Source of the DNA: Candidatus Heimdallarchaeota archaeon
GTDB lineage: Archaea; Asgardarchaeota; Heimdallarchaeia; Heimdallarchaeales; Heimdallarchaeaceae
Length of the DNA: 28,864 nucleotides
Assembly (NCBI GenBank): GCA_019057815.1
Contig: JAHLWR010000032.1
Location: forward strand, 1-28,864
Reading direction: 5' to 3'
Part shown: piece by piece, positions 26,672 to 28,864 of the stretch
Layout of the letters: each line of letters starts with the position of its first letter
Position numbering within the stretch: the first letter of the stretch is position 1
Notes under the pieces: generated by a model
The model's input: only the letters and a program-made list of their open reading frames with translations
Told to the model about the DNA's origin: nothing
The model's database searches: none
Translations under genes and position numbers: made by a program

Positions 26672-27274
26672 TTATAATTTATAACCCAAATGTCCACTAC
26701 CAAAATCAATTGCAGTGACTCTTTTTTCTATATTATAACATTTAGAACATTTTAATTTGTCCCTACCTATCTTGTCCATTTTACCACCACATAGTGAGCA
26801 ATGCGAAATAAGAACACCAAGTTGAGATCCGATAAAAGTTGCTTGTAATGGTATTGTTTTAGCGTCTATTATTTTACAACGAACAACATCCCCAGGATTT
26901 AAAACCTCATCAGCAGATTCTAAATAACCTTTGTAAATCTGTGAAACATGTACAACACAAGTGTATGTAGGATAAATTTCTACATTATCAACAAATCTTA
27001 AAGCTATTGAAACCATCCGACGAGAAACGTTTGAAATATTGCCTACCACGATAGAACCAATTCTTGGAATTGTTACCATCTTAGCTTTAGAGATTACCGT
27101 TATTTCGTGTTTCTCCATGTCTATAGCAACAGCACCGGTTACAGCTGCGAAGATATAACCATTATCTGAATAAGTCCCAGAACCACTGATAAACTCTTCA
27201 GTAACAGCTAACCGTGTACCAGGATAAACAAGTTCTTGGCTATCTTTTGTTCGATCAAAAATATCAGTTGTCAT
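26672..27274 (-). CDS. csl4: Exosome complex RNA-binding protein Csl4
   Basis: VYPGTRLAVTEEFISGSGTY, S1 domain (HVSQI, GDVVRCKI), and LGVLISHCSLCG...CSKC...EKR Zn ribbon. ATG at 27274 is preferred because the track start overlaps atpD. Confidence 0.95.
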   Translation of the reverse strand: MTTDIFDRTKDSQELVYPGTRLAVTEEFISGSGTYSDNGYIFAAVTGAVAIDMEKHEITVISKAKMVTIPRIGSIVVGNISNVSRRMVSIALRFVDNVEIYPTYTCVVHVSQIYKGYLESADEVLNPGDVVRCKIIDAKTIPLQATFIGSQLGVLISHCSLCGGKMDKIGRDKLKCSKCYNIEKRVTAIDFGSGHLGYKL

Positions 27275-27402
27275 TACAGCCACATTTTCCTCTGTTGAGT
27301 AAAAGTTATACAATAGTATAAAATATCTTTCTATTGAAGTAATATCGTCTGTTATCATTATACAACAAAAACTATATAACTTCAATTTTTTTTCTACCAT
27401 TA

Positions 27403-28050
27403 ATGTCTTCAACTGAGTTTGGTAAAGTAAATGCGACACGCATGGAACTTTTGAATACGCGTGCTAAGATCCGTTTAGCTCAAAAAGGACATGATTTATT
27501 AAAAGAAAAAATGGATGCTCTAGTTATAGAATTATATGCTATAAAAGATGAGGTTCATCAAGCACAGAAAAAAATTGAAAAAGAATTAGCAATAGCATAC
27601 CAATCACTAGCGAAGGGAGAAATGATTATTGGTCCAGATAAAATACGCGATTTAGCTCAATACGCACCCGCAGTACTTGAAATCAGGACAGAGACTATAA
27701 GTATAATGGGTGTAAAATCACCTAGATTTATTGTCAAAGAAGTAGAAAAAGAAGGAGAGGGAATTTTTTATGGATTAACAAGCTCAAGTGCTCAACTTGA
27801 TCGTGCTATCATGTATTTCCGTAAAACATTAAAAACTCTCATGGTTATTGCAGAAAAAATGACACTTCTTGAAAAACTTGCTAGTGAAATCAATAAAACT
27901 AAAAGAAGAGTAAATGCTCTTAACTATATTCTACTACCAAGGCTTAGACAAACAGCTACTTTCATAGCTAGTACATTGGAAGAACAAGAAAGAGAAACAT
28001 TTTCTAGATTGAAGCGAGTAAAAGCAATTTTAGAGTCTAAGAAAGCGTGA
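27403..28050 (+). CDS. atpD: A/V-type ATP synthase subunit D
   Basis: Motifs TRMELL, AQKGHDLLKEKMDAL, SIMGVKSP, EINKTKRRVNAL and LEEQERETFSRLKRVK. Confidence 0.96.
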   Translation: MSSTEFGKVNATRMELLNTRAKIRLAQKGHDLLKEKMDALVIELYAIKDEVHQAQKKIEKELAIAYQSLAKGEMIIGPDKIRDLAQYAPAVLEIRTETISIMGVKSPRFIVKEVEKEGEGIFYGLTSSSAQLDRAIMYFRKTLKTLMVIAEKMTLLEKLASEINKTKRRVNALNYILLPRLRQTATFIASTLEEQERETFSRLKRVKAILESKKA

Positions 28051-28273
28051 AATTTCTGCTCTATTTTAGCGTCAGAGATGTAGAAAACAAATAGTATTCA
28101 CTCTTGAAAAATTAGTTTTGAACACATTATATTTTCAAGATAATATCATTGTTTATCAATTGACAACTTTAATAGGATTTAAAAATATACGTTACAAGTA
28201 TACTTATAGTAGTATTACATTAATAGAGAAAAATATAAAAGCATCGTAAATAAAAAAAGTAAGAGGAAAAAAA

Positions 28274-28864
28274 ATGCCGTTTGATGATTGGTTTAATAAT
28301 TTACCACCTGTTGGTATAGGTGATAGTGGATTAAAATTACTTATGTATCTTCTTATAATTTATACATTATTAAGTGCGTTAATTGTGTTTTTACTAACCA
28401 GAAAGTTCAGACAAATATCAGTTGGACCATCTTTGTTAGGTATAGACACAGGTGACGATGAACCCATATCTACTGATATTCCTCCTTCGGAGAGAATAGC
28501 AATTTTAAACATTGAAAAGGCTAAAAATGTTGCTGCACAAAAAACACTTTCTGATGTTCATAGGAAGAAAGAAGTTAGCGACACGATCTTTAATAGGCTT
28601 TCTGTTAGATATGCTACAGAAGTTCAAAAAATAGAAGAAGAGATAGAAAAAACAACTCGTGAAGTCGAAGTTTCACAATTGGAACAAGAACTAAAGAAAA
28701 TGCAAGGAGATTACTTAACCAAAATTAAAGGAGATGAAGCTAAAAGCACATCAGCGCCAGCACCACCAGGAACAGCGCCAACAGCGCCAACAGCGCCAGC
28801 ACCACCAGGAACAGCGCCAGCACCACCAGGAACAGCGCCAGCACCACCAGGAACAGCGCCAGCA
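28274..28864 (+). CDS. Single-TM membrane-anchored coiled-coil protein with Pro-rich repeats; 3' end runs off the window
   Basis: Not in the ORF track. 197 open codons from ATG 28274 (GAGG upstream): MPFDDWF..., TM LLMYLLIIYTLLSALIVFLL followed by TRKFR, helical/coiled-coil region aa ~72-152, then APAPPGT repeats. Confidence 0.88.
   Translation, partial: MPFDDWFNNLPPVGIGDSGLKLLMYLLIIYTLLSALIVFLLTRKFRQISVGPSLLGIDTGDDEPISTDIPPSERIAILNIEKAKNVAAQKTLSDVHRKKEVSDTIFNRLSVRYATEVQKIEEEIEKTTREVEVSQLEQELKKMQGDYLTKIKGDEAKSTSAPAPPGTAPTAPTAPAPPGTAPAPPGTAPAPPGTAPA
28752..28864 (+). repeat. 21-nt coding tandem repeat CAGCGCCAGCACCACCAGGAA (APAPPGT) interrupted by two 9-nt CAGCGCCAA (APT) units
   Basis: Four complete identical 21-mers plus a partial fifth at the window edge. 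Confidence 0.95.

Noticed and set aside
28150-28210. Short palindromes TCAATTGA and AAGTATACTT upstream of the last ORF
   Set aside because: They are short and AT-rich, so expected by chance in this composition.
28752-28864. 21-nt repeats as a possible CRISPR array
   Set aside because: The units are head-to-tail without unique spacers, in frame within an ORF, and no cas genes are present.
1-28864. Both window ends fall within tandem repeats, suggesting terminal repeats of a linear or mobile element
   Set aside because: The two repeats are unrelated and lie inside coding sequences; this is better explained as assembly breaks at coding repeats in a chromosomal contig.

Overview
AT-rich archaeal chromosomal segment, most likely from an Asgard archaeon (probably Heimdallarchaeia). 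The lineage call is an inference from the archaeal informational gene set plus a 7TM-longin-like protein typical of Asgards. Most of the window is housekeeping: rps3 (partial), rpl22, valS, Hef helicase/nuclease, aRF1, pyrH, srp54, a co-oriented RNA-modification/translation run (trmY-like, pus10, rpl21e, rpo4, DUF655, rsmA, hemK2, trmJ, METTL5-like), nop10, aIF2-alpha, DUF99, RNase III-like, rpo11, DUF2067-like, csl4 and an isolated atpD. Two intron-containing tRNA genes are present: Ile-GAT and Leu-TAA. Three real CDSs are missing from the ORF track: rps3, nop10 and the last, truncated gene. The most unusual elements are: (i) a membrane-anchored coiled-coil protein with Pro-rich tandem repeats; (ii) a bactofilin-like beta-helix protein that shares a helical-hairpin motif with it; (iii) a 7TM-longin fusion next to the bactofilin-like gene; (iv) a cupin PGI homolog lacking its three metal-binding histidines, paired with a wHTH protein; (v) a degenerate TrmY; and (vi) a lone IS200/IS605-like hairpin beside tRNA-Ile. 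No CRISPR array, rRNA, transposase or integrase was seen. All family assignments come from motif recognition by eye, not from database searches.
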